Shown here: one piece after another, positions 25,650 through 37,297 of the stretch
Layout of the letters: each line of letters starts with the position of its first letter
Position numbering within the stretch: position 1 is the first letter of the stretch
Program-made: the position numbers and the translations under genes
Assembly: GCF_000143415.4 (NCBI RefSeq)
Contig: NW_003314282.1
Coordinates: 825,374-889,373 of the forward strand
Origin: Selaginella moellendorffii
Taxonomy: Eukaryota > Plantae > Lycopodiophyta
DNA: 64,000 nucleotides
Direction: 5' to 3'
Notes under the pieces: generated by a model
Told to the model about the DNA's origin: nothing
The model's database searches: none
The model's input: only the letters and a program-made list of their open reading frames with translations

Positions 25650-28600
25650 TCAAAACTTGTTGATCTCATTCACTTCTCGTGTTCCCTTCCAGCAGTTCTT
25701 TCGAGCCTTATGTGCAGCATAGCTGTAAGAAACCGGAAATACCTTAGCAAGGATGCGAAACCAGAACAAAGATGCTTGCCTAGAGTAGAAGCTGGCGATG
25801 GCAGAGACTTCTTCATCGGCGTCAGGACGTAATTCTGGAGCAGCCTTGGAAAACAAAAGGTCGTGGTGACTCACGCCTGCGATTCCTTGGCGTTCCAGGA
25901 ACTTGATATGCTTGGCGAGTTCTTCGTCTCTGCCACAATGGTGTTACAATGCGGGGAATAAAGCTCATGCAAAAAACATACACTTCGAACTGACTGGCGT
26001 GCTCTTCATACAGCTGCTGCTGCGTAGGAGAAATGTCGAAGCCAGTCTTCGGAACAGTCAATAATTCTCGGAAGTCCTGCGAGCGCAAAAAAATGTGAGT
26101 GATCGGTCCAATGATACAATTCCTGCTGGGAAAAGTACCGGAATTGTTCTGCACGCTCGGTAGCAATTTTCATGAGGCCTCCTTTGAAAACCTGAAAACA
26201 GATGGGAGGAATAGAAAACATTGTACAGTTTGGCTCACCTGCCTCCTGTAAACCTTCTCCTCCATTGTGCCGGATGTTATCAGGCGGTAAACTATGATGT
26301 CCCGACGTTGCCCAATGCGATATGCTCGATCTACACTTTGGTTGTCCTTGCTACAAAATATACTTGTTCAGAATCACAAAAAGAGAAAAGGAAAGAAAAC
26401 CCAACGTGAAAAAACTTAAAAAGTGAACCCAAACCTGGGATTCCAAACCGGATCTACAATGACAACTCTATCTGCAACTGTCAACGTGAGTCCCAATCCT
26501 CCAACTTGTGATGTCAACAAAAATATGGAAACTCTACAGCCATCACTCTGGAAATCCTGCAATAGAATAAGTCAGTCAAGCTAAATCCATCCGTGGCTTA
26601 CCTCAACGATTCTCTGACGCTCAGAAACTTTTGTTTTGCCGTCTATACGACAAAAGCTACCTCCGTTTTGTTATCTCTTCCTGAAAGAAACAACATCAGA
26701 TAAGGCAGTCAAAATATGTGACGCACCTGGATAATGTCAAGCATCTTAAGAGCCTGAGCGAAGACCAATGTTCTATGGCCCTCCTGCACAAGATTTTCCT
26801 TCAACAAAAATAAAAAATTTATAAGTTGTATAACTTCAGCACCAACTTACCAGAAGAGCCATAAGAAATACGACCTTGCACGAGTGTTTATTTCCATCAC
26901 TGTCCGGCTCAGATTCTGCTGAACCAGGAGGAAGTGGCCGCAGTGTCGGTACTATCTAAATACCCGACCACATCGTCGATCTCCTGCTTTATCAAAAGCC
27001 AAGGGTGGTCACAAATTCTTTTAAGAATCTGTAATTCGGACATGCTCATTAAGAACATCTTGAATAAGATTTCAAATACCGTCAATGCTAATAAGACGTC
27101 TGAACCTGCCAGGAATTCGTGGGCTGTTTCACTTCTCAAAAGCGCCATATACATCTGACGCTGAGAAAATCACGAGATAGTAGACAGAAAAAATACAACA
27201 TCTTACGTACCTGTCGTTGAGACAATCGCAGCCATACAATTATGTCATTCTTCTTTGCAAGCTGCTGTGTGCCTTGACCCATACTCGGAAAAACATCCTT
27301 CTTCAGGCGACGCAAAAAGTACAGAGCAATTTTGTCTTGAAGCTTCTGCAAAACCAGCTCAAAAACAGGATAACTTGATTATTGTCATACCTGCGCAACT
27401 CTTTTGAATGTAATTTGCATCCTTATTATTACCACTCAAAATCGCAGCTTCGTATTCCCACTTGAATCTGCAAGTTAAGCATAAGAGCCAGCGAAGGCAC
27501 ATTAAAAAACGCACTCTTTTCGGTCGCCTAGAAGTTCAGGGTAGCAAAAGTGGAAAAGGGCCCACATTTCCTGGAAAGAGGTGTTTAGTCGAAAAAATTT
27601 ATCAGAGGACTTCCGTATCAATCTCACTCGCAAATTGTTCTGTATGGGAGTGCCACTTAAAATGATTCTATGAGCGCTCGGAATTTCCTTTAAACTTTCT
27701 GCACGTTGAGTTGAGGGATCTTTTATCAGGTGGCCCTGCACGTTTCACGTGAATGAGAAGCACGGCAAAGAAAAATCGTCTCACCTCGTCAAGAATGACG
27801 TAGTCCCATGTCACTTGATCACCATCAAACCTACCTTTCAAAGCATTGGTATTGTGGGGAACAATATCATATGTGGTAAGCAGCACTCCTCCGGCCTGTT
27901 GCAATGGCAACAATGATATGCACGGATGTAGATATCAGAGTGAGTATACCTGCAATATATGATGCAAGTTCGATTTCCGGACGTTTACAGACAACGTCGA
28001 GTAGCTGTAAGACAAAAGAAAGGAGTAGCATATGTCACTTGAATGATACTCCGTTCGCTTACTCTTCAACTTTCCTTCCAAGTCGCACCACATTGAGCTC
28101 CTTGCTCCAGTTAGGTATTAATGTCTTCGGCACCACAATGAGCGCCCTCTTAATAAGCTGAGAGTGAAACAGACCACAAAGAAATGCAGCAATCTGAGAA
28201 AGGATAGATTAGAACTGCAGAAGCATAAAAAAGAAAAGGTTTTTACCTGCATTGTTTTGCCAAGGCCCATGTCGTCTCCCAGAATTCCTCCTCGACGCTG
28301 AAGATGCAATCTCCACAGCCAACGTAGACCTTCATGTTGATGCTCATAGAGGACAGAAGCAACATTCCCGGGGAGGATGAATTTCCACCTTCCTTCACCA
28401 AGTACTAGATCGGACGCGGACTTGTTGGATGATCCATAACCTGCGGTATTGGCGGCGAAAGTATCTCTAGACACTTGCTGCTTCATCGTCAGCGACACGG
28501 AACCAAGTTTTTCGCACAGAAGATAGCCAACACCGTCGAAACGTTCGTTGGAAACGCTTGGCAGCTCTACCAGTTGAGCAGGACCAAGTTCCGAGGCCAT

Positions 28601-29074
28601 TCGAAGAGGTGAATCATCCCTGGCAGTACAAACTACAGAAAAAAAACAGGAAGAAAAAAAAAAACATATGAGCTTCCAGCTTTCAACGAAGACAAAACTA
28701 AAATGTACCTGAGGAAGCGGTTTCCCCCCTGACAGTGGGAGCTGCATTGATAGAAATCATGTCAGCCTTCTACAAAGAATGAAAATGAAGCTTACCTGAC
28801 GACTCATCCCAAACTACACTTGAAAAGAAAGTTAAAGGCAAGTTTTGTTGTTTGTCTTTTTTTTTCTTTTTTTTTCTTTAAAAACATACGAAAAGTAGTT
28901 TTTCTTTGTATGCTGAGAGCACACTTGCTACGAAAGAAAACCAAGCCTACCTGAGGACGCGCCTTCATCCCAGTCGTCAAACAATCGTGCATCGTTCTCC
29001 CAACACATATTTCCGGCATCCTGCTCCAATGGCGCTTGCCTACCGCGAGCAGCCTGGCCTCAGCCATCATCCAT
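25650..29074 (-). pseudogene. Tandem duplicate of CHR24, pseudogenised
   Basis: Colinear exons and introns with 21440-25313. Frameshift near 26936 (stop at 26909), 2-nt deletion near 26658 creating TAG, GT-to-GA donor loss near 26121, C-terminal exons missing. Confidence 0.85.
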
Positions 29075-29106
29075 AGAACTAGCCGATCGATCAAGCCTTG
29101 GATGCC

Positions 29107-29270
29107 CTGGAGTGAAATGTCTCTCACAAACCCTCGCCGATCATCTCAAAGCCAGAGCGATCGAGACGCTGGAGTGAAATGCCGCTCACAAACCCTCACC
29201 GATTATCGTCAGAGCCGGAGCGATCGATACCCTGGAGTGAAATGCCACCCTCACCGATCGAAAAAATCAC
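29107..29270. repeat. Three tandem ~62-bp copies of a CHR24 5'-leader segment
   Basis: ctggagtgaaatg...accctc.ccgat occurs at about 29107, 29169 and 29232; there is a single copy upstream of intact CHR24 (~25353). Confidence 0.75.
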
Positions 29271-29466
29271 CTGGCGCAGACGACGAGCATGTAAATGCGC
29301 CGTGGGTCGTCACCGCAATATATAAAGCCCTCGAGACTTCCCTCCAAATTACAAAATATAAGCCCTAGCGTCACCCTCGTGCTGCCACGTCTCCTTTTTA
29401 TTATCCCATATGCCAAGGCACAGCTTTGGTCCACCTCTTTATAAGCGCCCCACATCGAGTCATTGT

Positions 29467-29768
29467 CACTACCGGGGACGTTCCTGGAAGGGTCCGGTAC
29501 CGGCATGGCCCCAGCTGGGGTACACAGGTATACTTGCTGTACCTGAAACCCTAAACCAGTTCCACCTGCGCAAGCAGTGTGATGCCTCTTGGGGTTTTTC
29601 TTCCGGTTCCTTTCCCCACTTCAAAACAAGGACCGATGCCCGGTGGCAACCGGTACCGGGCCATGGGGGAATATCCGGTTGTTGTGCTACCGCGGTGGTC
29701 GCGCGTGCGGTGTCGCACTGGGCACGCCCAGCTCGCGGCTTCCCAGCGCGGCCATCCCAGGAACGTCC
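29467..29768. mobile_element. Putative MITE / non-autonomous TIR element
   Basis: GGACGTTCCTGG (29476) and CCAGGAACGTCC (ends 29768) form an inverted repeat; CACTAC at 29467; GC-rich interior with internal palindromes; no clear TSD. Confidence 0.4.
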
Positions 29769-29980
29769 ATTTTACTTTTTAAAGATTTTTTCACTCTAGA
29801 TGTAGTAAAAAGGTCAAAAGGTTATTTTTGGCTTGTACAGGTGGAAAAATGTCGGGTAAACCATAAAACAGTGTACTTCCAAGATTCTTTTCTCATTTTA
29901 CTTTTATTTAAGTGTACATTTCTCATTCTACGTTATGGTAAAATGGTAATTTTCTAATTTTTTCATTTTTTAAATTTTTG

Positions 29981-31478
29981 TCAGGCATCGTCGTAATTCG
30001 AGTGCTCTGGCCTGTGGGAGACCTCATAGTCGAGATGGACGAATGCTCGCTCGATATCCGGCAAAGATTCCAGCTTGTTCTGGAGAGATTCGCCGATATC
30101 GTGAGCCTGCTGTAAAGGCATATGTCTGGGCAGCACTATATCCACCTCGGCGAAATAGTGAGAGCCAAATGTGTAAGCGCGAACCGTGTCAATCTGGAGA
30201 ATCTCTTCGTGGTGGTTCCAGCACAAGTACGTGATCTTTTGGAGATAGTCCGGGGACGCCGTCCGGCCCACCAGCGAATTTACGTTGTCTAGCACTGTGA
30301 CCGACCAAGTTCTAATCGTGTAAAGCGCGAGCTGCGGCAAGAACCACTCAGAAAAATCTACAAAGAATCAAAACTTTAAGAAAGCCATCCAGTGTACTTA
30401 CAACAATGGCGCCGGTCGGATCGATCCACCAGAAGTAGCGAGCAGCGAGCACCGCCGCAACCAGCCCGATTGCGTTGGTGATCACATCGAAGAAGTGATC
30501 TTGCGCGTAGGCTCGCACGATCTCGTTCTTGAACGACTGGCAGTAGATCATGAGAAGTAACTTCACAATAGTGACCGACACCATGATCCCAATCACCCAA
30601 TCGCGCCTGCTACCGTCCAATGCCAAGTCATGATCCTGCAAGATTTCATTTTTTTTTTTTCTATGAGAAAAGCGACGCCAAAAGAACAGGAAAAGAGAAA
30701 AACGTGTACATTGTTGATGAGCTTCCGCCCGGATTCAAGGAGAATTTGTAGTCCCAAAGTCGCCATCACGGAAGCAAACACAAGAATCCCCTGCAGGGCA
30801 AGAAAAAGAAAAGGCCACTCGTAAGAAAAGAGAGCGACCGAAAAGAAGAAGAAAGCTTTGCTCACCAGTGGTTGCATTCGCTTCTTCCCAATGGGATAGA
30901 GATATGGATTCGGCCGTTGCATCGAAAAGGCAGTGAACCAAAGGATGAAGCCGGACAAGAGATCCAGCAACGAATCCAGCGTCGACGCGATGATAGCGAG
31001 CGACCGGCTGCGAATCGATGCATATACCTTGGCCGCGAAGAGCACCATATTCGCCAGGTTTGAGATCCGGATGGCCATCGTCTCGCGCCGCGCAGTCTCA
31101 TCCTTCTTCTCCTTGTCACCGGCGGACATTGGCCCTCTGTCTTGAATGCTGTCCAGCTCCGAGAAGGAATCGAGCATTTCGAGCTGCTGCTGGTAGAACT
31201 CATCCACTGGAGTGGTCGACCCTGCCGAAATATCGCGATGTGTGAGCGATTTCGCCAGAAAGAACCGAAAGAACTACCAAATCGATCGATAGCTTACACT
31301 TCTTGAGGCAATCGTGCATGGAATTCCGCGGCGAATCAGGCGCCACATCGACGCGATCGGGGCGGCGGAGGCTGAGCCTCCACGGCTGCTGCGCCGCCAC
31401 CGCATCGCTCCATAGCAGAGACTCCGTCACGGCGCCGCCGGCATCGCCGCGGGTGTGCATATCGATCCCCTCCGCCAT
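29981..31478 (-). CDS. Metal tolerance protein, Mn-CDF group (MTP9/10/11-like)
   Basis: [75 protein letters not shown]. Confidence 0.93.
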
Positions 31479-32003
31479 CGCGCATCCACACAAACCCTAA
31501 TCTTCCTCCCTCCTCTACTTCCCGCTGGCTCCTCTTGTTCTTGCTAGCATGCCGAGTCCGTACTCCAAGGCTCATCTGAGGAATATCCCACGGTTTTTTA
31601 TCTTTGTACGAAAACTAGCGAAACCTCCTTTACGGCATTGTTCCAACAAGAAGTATAAAGAAACAAGCAAGACAATCGAGAGATCTTCGTGACAATGCAA
31701 TGTTCCAATGTATTGGAAAGGAACCGATCCAATCTTTATAGCCTCTGTAGCCATATAGCGTGAAGAAATCTGGGCAAATTTTTCTATGCTTCTACCATGA
31801 AGTGCTCTCTCCACCATAGTGAAAATGACCTCAATGTTTTCTTTGGTCCAGATTCTCAGTGGAATACCCACCAAACAAAGAGGCGTGTGGAACAGCGTTT
31901 CTCACTGCCTCACGACTCAACTCAGGCCACATCAGTACGCTTTGACGTGGCCAAGTCATCTTTCCCCCGAACACGTCAGCACGTCAGCTATGACATGGAC
32001 AGC

Positions 32004-32720
32004 TCACTTTTCCTCGTCCTCGAGAAGAATGGCCGACTTGGGATTGGTCATTGGTGGTGGCTTGGAGCGCTCCAAGTCCTTGAGCTCGATCGCGAGCATT
32101 TTATCCCAGCAGCCACCCTCGAGCAAAATCCCAGCTCGGCCGTCCGTCACCCTCTGGAGAATCCCCGTGTACATGTAGTATGGGTTCTTGGGATTCTTCA
32201 CGATGACAGTCATTCCCGGCATGAGCAGCGGTGGCGGCGCTGGCCTCGGCTTGATTCCCGGCCCCGGAATCTCCTTGCGAATCTTTTCAATCTCTTCGGA
32301 GAGTACCAGTGGCTTTGTCGGTGGAGGATTCTTGAGCAGGAAATCTATGAGCCCGGTCTCGCCGCCAGGGAAGCCGCCTGTTAGACCACCAAGTTCCTTC
32401 TCAAAATCACCATCTTCTTCTTCTTCTTTCTTGTTTCGAGCATCCGTTTTCTCGCTGCTCAAAACCGCGTCTTGGAAGAGGGGCCTCGGCTTCTCGTTGC
32501 TTATGGACGTCATCTGGTCTTCGCCCAGGCCTCGACCGCCGAGAATTTCCCAGAAGTTAAATCCCTGTGCGCGAACAGTCACCTGAGCTTTCCTTGGTGG
32601 TGATGATACTACTGCTACTAGCTGTCGAGTGTAGATTGGTCTCACAACTTTCTCGCCCCAGATTGCATCACGGCTGCGAAAAGCTGGCGAGAGAGCTGCT
32701 GCTGTTGATGACATTGCCAT
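32004..32720 (-). CDS. ndhS: Chloroplast NDH complex subunit S (CRR31)
   Basis: Transit peptide; FNFWEILGGRGL, GGFPGGETGL, LLMPGMTVIVKNPKNPYYMYTGILQRVTDG...EGGCWDK. Confidence 0.93.
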   Translation of the reverse strand: MAMSSTAAALSPAFRSRDAIWGEKVVRPIYTRQLVAVVSSPPRKAQVTVRAQGFNFWEILGGRGLGEDQMTSISNEKPRPLFQDAVLSSEKTDARNKKEEEEDGDFEKELGGLTGGFPGGETGLIDFLLKNPPPTKPLVLSEEIEKIRKEIPGPGIKPRPAPPPLLMPGMTVIVKNPKNPYYMYTGILQRVTDGRAGILLEGGCWDKMLAIELKDLERSKPPPMTNPKSAILLEDEEK

Positions 32721-32882
32721 GATCCTATAGCAACCACAGGAAGAGTGTGACTAGAAAAAAGAAGAAAAAGAACTCACCTTGCTGGGGATCGAACCGATTC
32801 CTTAGGCTAGCTTGCCAGTTAGAGAATATCCTTGTGCACCGGCAGCAACGGCCGTCAGTTGGCCTAACTCCGACGGAAAGTC

Positions 32883-34535
32883 ATGCGACAGTTGCCGTTT
32901 GTCACGGGAAAACTCCTCTCTTTCTTTTGCGAAGTCTTCGGCGAATCTGTGACACTGCACAACACGACAGGAGAAAACAAAATAAGCTTTCACACGAGCA
33001 AGAAAGAAATGGAAACGACTCACAAGTTTCCGCGACAAGAATTTCCATGGGAGCTCGAAAGCCTACGCCAAATCCACTGCAGCGCTCACCACCGCCACCA
33101 CAGCGTCAACGGCATCAATGCCAGCGACCGCAGAGAAACCGGCAGCACCAGCGAAGCTGAGGAGATCAAATCTGTTTACTCAGTACCGGCAGCTGTCGGA
33201 CCTGCGTCGAGCGGACGAAGAACACCGCCACCGCCTTGCATTGATCGCAAAGAGACCGCACGGATCAGTGAACTCGGCCCCCGGCTCGCCGGATACTTAG
33301 AGATGAACCCCCTCTTTATAGTCCGGAGAGAAGACCACCACTGTGAAACTACTGCTGCCAGGCCCGGATCCCCTGAAGTAGTCATTATTCCGTTAAGTCC
33401 ACACTCGATCTCTTCACCACCTCATGTGACGAGAGACGGGCAAAGTTGCTGCCGAATGCGGAAAAGAGTTGTTATCGTGCCAATCTTCGTCATCGCCAAC
33501 ATTGTCGTGTTCATAATCACCATGTACCGGAACGACTGTCCTGCTCATCAGACGGAGTATCGCTGCATTCTTCCCGGACTCAAGAGATTTTCGTTCCAGC
33601 CACTAAGCCAGAATCCACTGCTCGGACCATCTTCGAACACTCTCCTGAGAATGGGAGCTCTTGAGTCGGAGCTTGTCACCAGTGGTCGAGAGGGATGGCG
33701 GCTGGTGTCCTGCATCTGGCTTCATGCCGGCGTTTTCCATCTCCTGTTAAACATGCTGGGCCTCCTTACGCTGGGACTTCAAATGGAGCAAGAGTTTGGG
33801 TTCCTGAAGCTCGGATTCGTCTATCTCATCGCCGGTTTCGGTGGAAGTCTTCTCTCTGCCTTGTTCCTGCGACTCACGATCTCTGTAGGAGCCTCTGGTG
33901 CGCTGTTTGGCCTCATGGGAGCGCTACTGTCGGAGCTTCTCATTAACTGGTCTCATCACGAACGTAGCTGGTTCACGCTGTCCCAGCTTGTAGTCCTCTT
34001 CATCATCAATCTAGCTCTCGGGAAGATGCCGCACGTCGACAATTACGCTCACTTGGGAGGTTGCATATCCGGAATTCTGTTGGGATTCATACTTCTCCAG
34101 CGACCACCACTCACTTGGCCAACTCAACCTGTCGGAATTACTACAACTGGCACTCCAGCCCCGGCTGCTCCCGGAATCCCAGCCCACGAATTCACTGCGA
34201 GTGCTCCGGCTATAGCATCTCAGAGGCACCACTATGAGCTCGATCACCAACTTATCCAGCTTGAAATGGATCAACGGTATCACGTTCACAGTCGGCTTCC
34301 ACACCATCACCACCAGCACCACCACAACCACCACCACCATCAGCAGCAGCACTTGCCATACCAGCCTCCCTCTCGGCCGTGGAGAATCTACTCACTCCCA
34401 AAGTACAAGTTTGTCATCTGGGTTATCGCCTTGAATCTGCTGGTGGTGCTCTATGTAGTAGCCCTCATAATGCTCTTTCGAGGAGTTGACGTAAGGAAAA
34501 AGTGCAAGTGGTGCAGACAGCTCCTTAAACAGTAG
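32883..34535 (+). CDS. Rhomboid-like intramembrane serine protease (RBL), intronless
   Basis: FSFQPLSQNPLLGPS, WRL..CIWLHAG, SVGASGALFG (catalytic Ser), DNYAHLGG (catalytic His), CKWC tail. Confidence 0.92.
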   Translation: MRQLPFVTGKLLSFFCEVFGESVTLHNTTGENKISFHTSKKEMETTHKFPRQEFPWELESLRQIHCSAHHRHHSVNGINASDRRETGSTSEAEEIKSVYSVPAAVGPASSGRRTPPPPCIDRKETARISELGPRLAGYLEMNPLFIVRREDHHCETTAARPGSPEVVIIPLSPHSISSPPHVTRDGQSCCRMRKRVVIVPIFVIANIVVFIITMYRNDCPAHQTEYRCILPGLKRFSFQPLSQNPLLGPSSNTLLRMGALESELVTSGREGWRLVSCIWLHAGVFHLLLNMLGLLTLGLQMEQEFGFLKLGFVYLIAGFGGSLLSALFLRLTISVGASGALFGLMGALLSELLINWSHHERSWFTLSQLVVLFIINLALGKMPHVDNYAHLGGCISGILLGFILLQRPPLTWPTQPVGITTTGTPAPAAPGIPAHEFTASAPAIASQRHHYELDHQLIQLEMDQRYHVHSRLPHHHHQHHHNHHHHQQQHLPYQPPSRPWRIYSLPKYKFVIWVIALNLLVVLYVVALIMLFRGVDVRKKCKWCRQLLKQ

Positions 34536-34610
34536 CGCCTGTCCACAAATGAAACCATACAAGTTCAATTTCCAAAATGCTGTTCTGTAGTAGTACGTAC
34601 CAGAAGCAAT

Positions 34611-36002
34611 TTAAATTTTGTTTTTCACATTTTGCTGATCGGAGCTACCGAGCTCAACTTGTGGATGATATCGCTGTATTGCTGTGACATTTGAATTGCA
34701 TCGTGCACACCGGTACGTAGAGTTCGCGATACACCTTGTATAAAGGCAGTAGTAGCAATGCCGATGCCCGCAAGGAACTGCCATATAAGGAACGTTGATA
34801 GGAGACACTTCGCAAATAGGACAGGTCTCTTCGTCTGTGCGCTTTACAGCCTCTTTACCGGTCAAGGACGAAGGAAGAACTTTCTTGAGCGAGAAGACGT
34901 TTAGCAACGGCAAAACTAGTAGCAATAACTCCTATAGACCGCAGTTAGCATAGACAATGGGCAAAAAAGAACCACACTTACCGAAAATTCTTGCCATACA
35001 AGTTGATGGTTCATGTACTCAAAGCTCACCGCTCGGCTCATGTTCGGCCTTAGATAAACCAAACGGGTCTGCAAAAGTCTCTCCACCAAATTCCGGTACC
35101 TTGCATTCAACAATTGTAAAGAAAAAGTTTATATTATTCATGTTAAGTTCGAGACAACCTTGCATACCTTCCAGTACGAAGAAAAGCGATCAGATTTATC
35201 ATGTAAGCTACCTTATAGAAGCTTTCTGCTCGTTGTAATAAGACCCATACTCTTCGTGGCCATGACCTCTGAAAAATGGCAAACGTAAATCACAGCTATC
35301 TTGAATCGAAAAAAAAACATACACTGTCGCGGTCTCCCCATCGTTGAAATGCTGAAACCAGCTGAAGCCGAGCCCAGCCATATCTTCCTCCCACTAGAGC
35401 GAGGCAGTAAAAAATCTTTTGTAGTGCTGTAAGACCAGGACCCTCCAAACCCGTCCTTACTGCATCGAAACTTTGAGCACGAACAAAAACAGATAAAAGA
35501 AACATACCTTGTGAAGCTGGAAGTTTAAAAAATTCACGCTCGTCCCGGTAGCGAAGGTTCATGAGAGCATTCCCAGGCGTAGGACGATCGACCCAGATCG
35601 AAAATCTCCATATAAGAAACTCCAAGAAAGCGTTGAGTTCCGGTTCGTAGCGAGATAGTAAACCTGGCTGTGCATTGCCATACGAAAGATCATCAAGCAA
35701 AAATCGAGAGTCTACCAAATAAGCATCACCTGGACAAACGAAAATATTTTCAGGAGCTGCCCTCGCAACATTCCTGTCATCTCGAAATCCAGCCTCTCGG
35801 CATCAAACTGATTCACTCTAGAAATCGCGACAGAAGGAATCGTCTGGAAAAGGAACAAAACAGACAAATATCGACACGAACGAGAGCGAAATACCTTGCG
35901 CAGCTGCTGCGATCGAAGAACATCACGCCAGACCTGGCGCCATGCTTCTGGCGATGGAGGCCGCATTACAGCGGCAGCTGCCGCCCCGCCCCTCTCCGCC
36001 AT
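34611..36002 (-). CDS. PEX2: Peroxin 2 (RING E3 ligase)
   Basis: ISRVNQFDAERLD, YEPELNAFLEFLIWRFSIW, PTPGNALMNLRY, GLEGPGLT, AVSFEYMN.QLVW, C-terminal RING CPIC..PCGHRHCYYC. Confidence 0.93.
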
Positions 36003-36085
36003 TGCCCTGGCAGGGCTCTAGGGCTTTTTTCACCTTGATAAATGCCAAGTGGAAATTTAGGGTTCTTAGCAATGATTGACATTGG

Positions 36086-37103
36086 ATGGAAGAGCTCTAT
36101 CGCGACATTCTCTCTTTCGGTTGCCTTCGCGTGAGTGTAGGGTTTGATTCTAGGTCTGCGCTGATCGGCATTCTTCCCAGGTTTTTCGGCATTTCACGAC
36201 GTATTTGAGGGGCCGGGAGGAGCTGTTGATCACGATTCGGAGCGAGGAATCGATCAGGTATGAGAGATTTCTTTGCTTGCATTTTATTCTAGACGGAGAA
36301 AGGGTGCAGTAGTGGAAGAAATTTTTGCTTGGAGAATCGCTCCTCTAAATCGGCTTTGCCTCCAGCAAGTCCGTCAAGCTCCGAGACAAAGAAAGTTTGG
36401 TTCTATTCAGTTGTTTGCATTTTTCTTTCTTTCCTTTTCTTTTCTTTCCAAGTTCGCTGATTGGGACTGTGTGGAAATTCAGGTGAAGTCGAATGAAACG
36501 TTGTTCTTGCTGGGAGCTTATGGCCGATATGCGTGGCCATATATTTGGGTGAGAGATTTATGTTTTCTTCTCGTTTCCTTTTTTTTTTTTTTTTTTTTTC
36601 TTGCCGCTTAAAACACTTTTGGAACTGTGACAGCTGAGGTCTGATACGGAAGGGTGTAACCACGAGTTTAACAAGGACAGGCCAGTTGATCTTCAGACTA
36701 TACGAGACTGGAAAATAAAGGGTAGACTTCTTTGCTGTGAATTCGAAAAGCTTGGTTCCTCACTGATATTACTTAAAGAAGCTCAAGTCTTTTGCAGGTA
36801 GGAAAGTCTGGGACATAGTTGAGGAGCTTATATCTCTCAAAGCACCGGGAGTGGTCAATCCCTTTGAGGTACATATGGAATTCCGACAGACGATGAGTGA
36901 TGCCTTTGTTTTAGGTGGATTTTGCTGCATTGAACAAGTTGCAACCTTTGGAAAGAGCGACTATGGCAGGCGCGACTGCTGCATTTCTACAGAAGTTGCT
37001 GCTCGAGAGAGAGCAAGACTACACACAACATGTCATGGACGATCTCAAGAGGCTCCTTGTTTGTCATTTTCAGCATATGGCCTCGTTGTTACCCGGAACA
37101 TAG
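36086..37103 (+). CDS. Uncharacterised protein, multi-exon; possible frame break in exon 3
   Basis: Canonical short introns join MEELYRDILSFGCLR / VFRHFTTYLRGREELLITI / ..LPPASP.. / TLFLLGAYGRYAWPYIW / LRS..KDRPVDL..DWK / KVWDIVEELI..NPFE / VDFAAL..FLQKLL. Confidence 0.7.
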
Positions 37104-37297
37104 GTGAATGACTTTCCTGGACCATGATTTATGTCTAACTTGATTTGCTCTTCTTTATGCAGCACCAGTCGTACTCGTTGTTAGTTTATGCTTCCTCCTG
37201 TAATACATCTTGATACTTTTAAAAACTCCTAGGTCTTCGGGAAACGGGTGGACAGCGTTTTCGAGGTCAGGAAGAAGTATGCATTGCTATCTCCCTA

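Noticed and set aside
29467-29807. Complete CACTA element
   Set aside because: The left end has CACTAC but the right end reads TAGTA and there is no 3-bp TSD; kept only as a low-confidence MITE.
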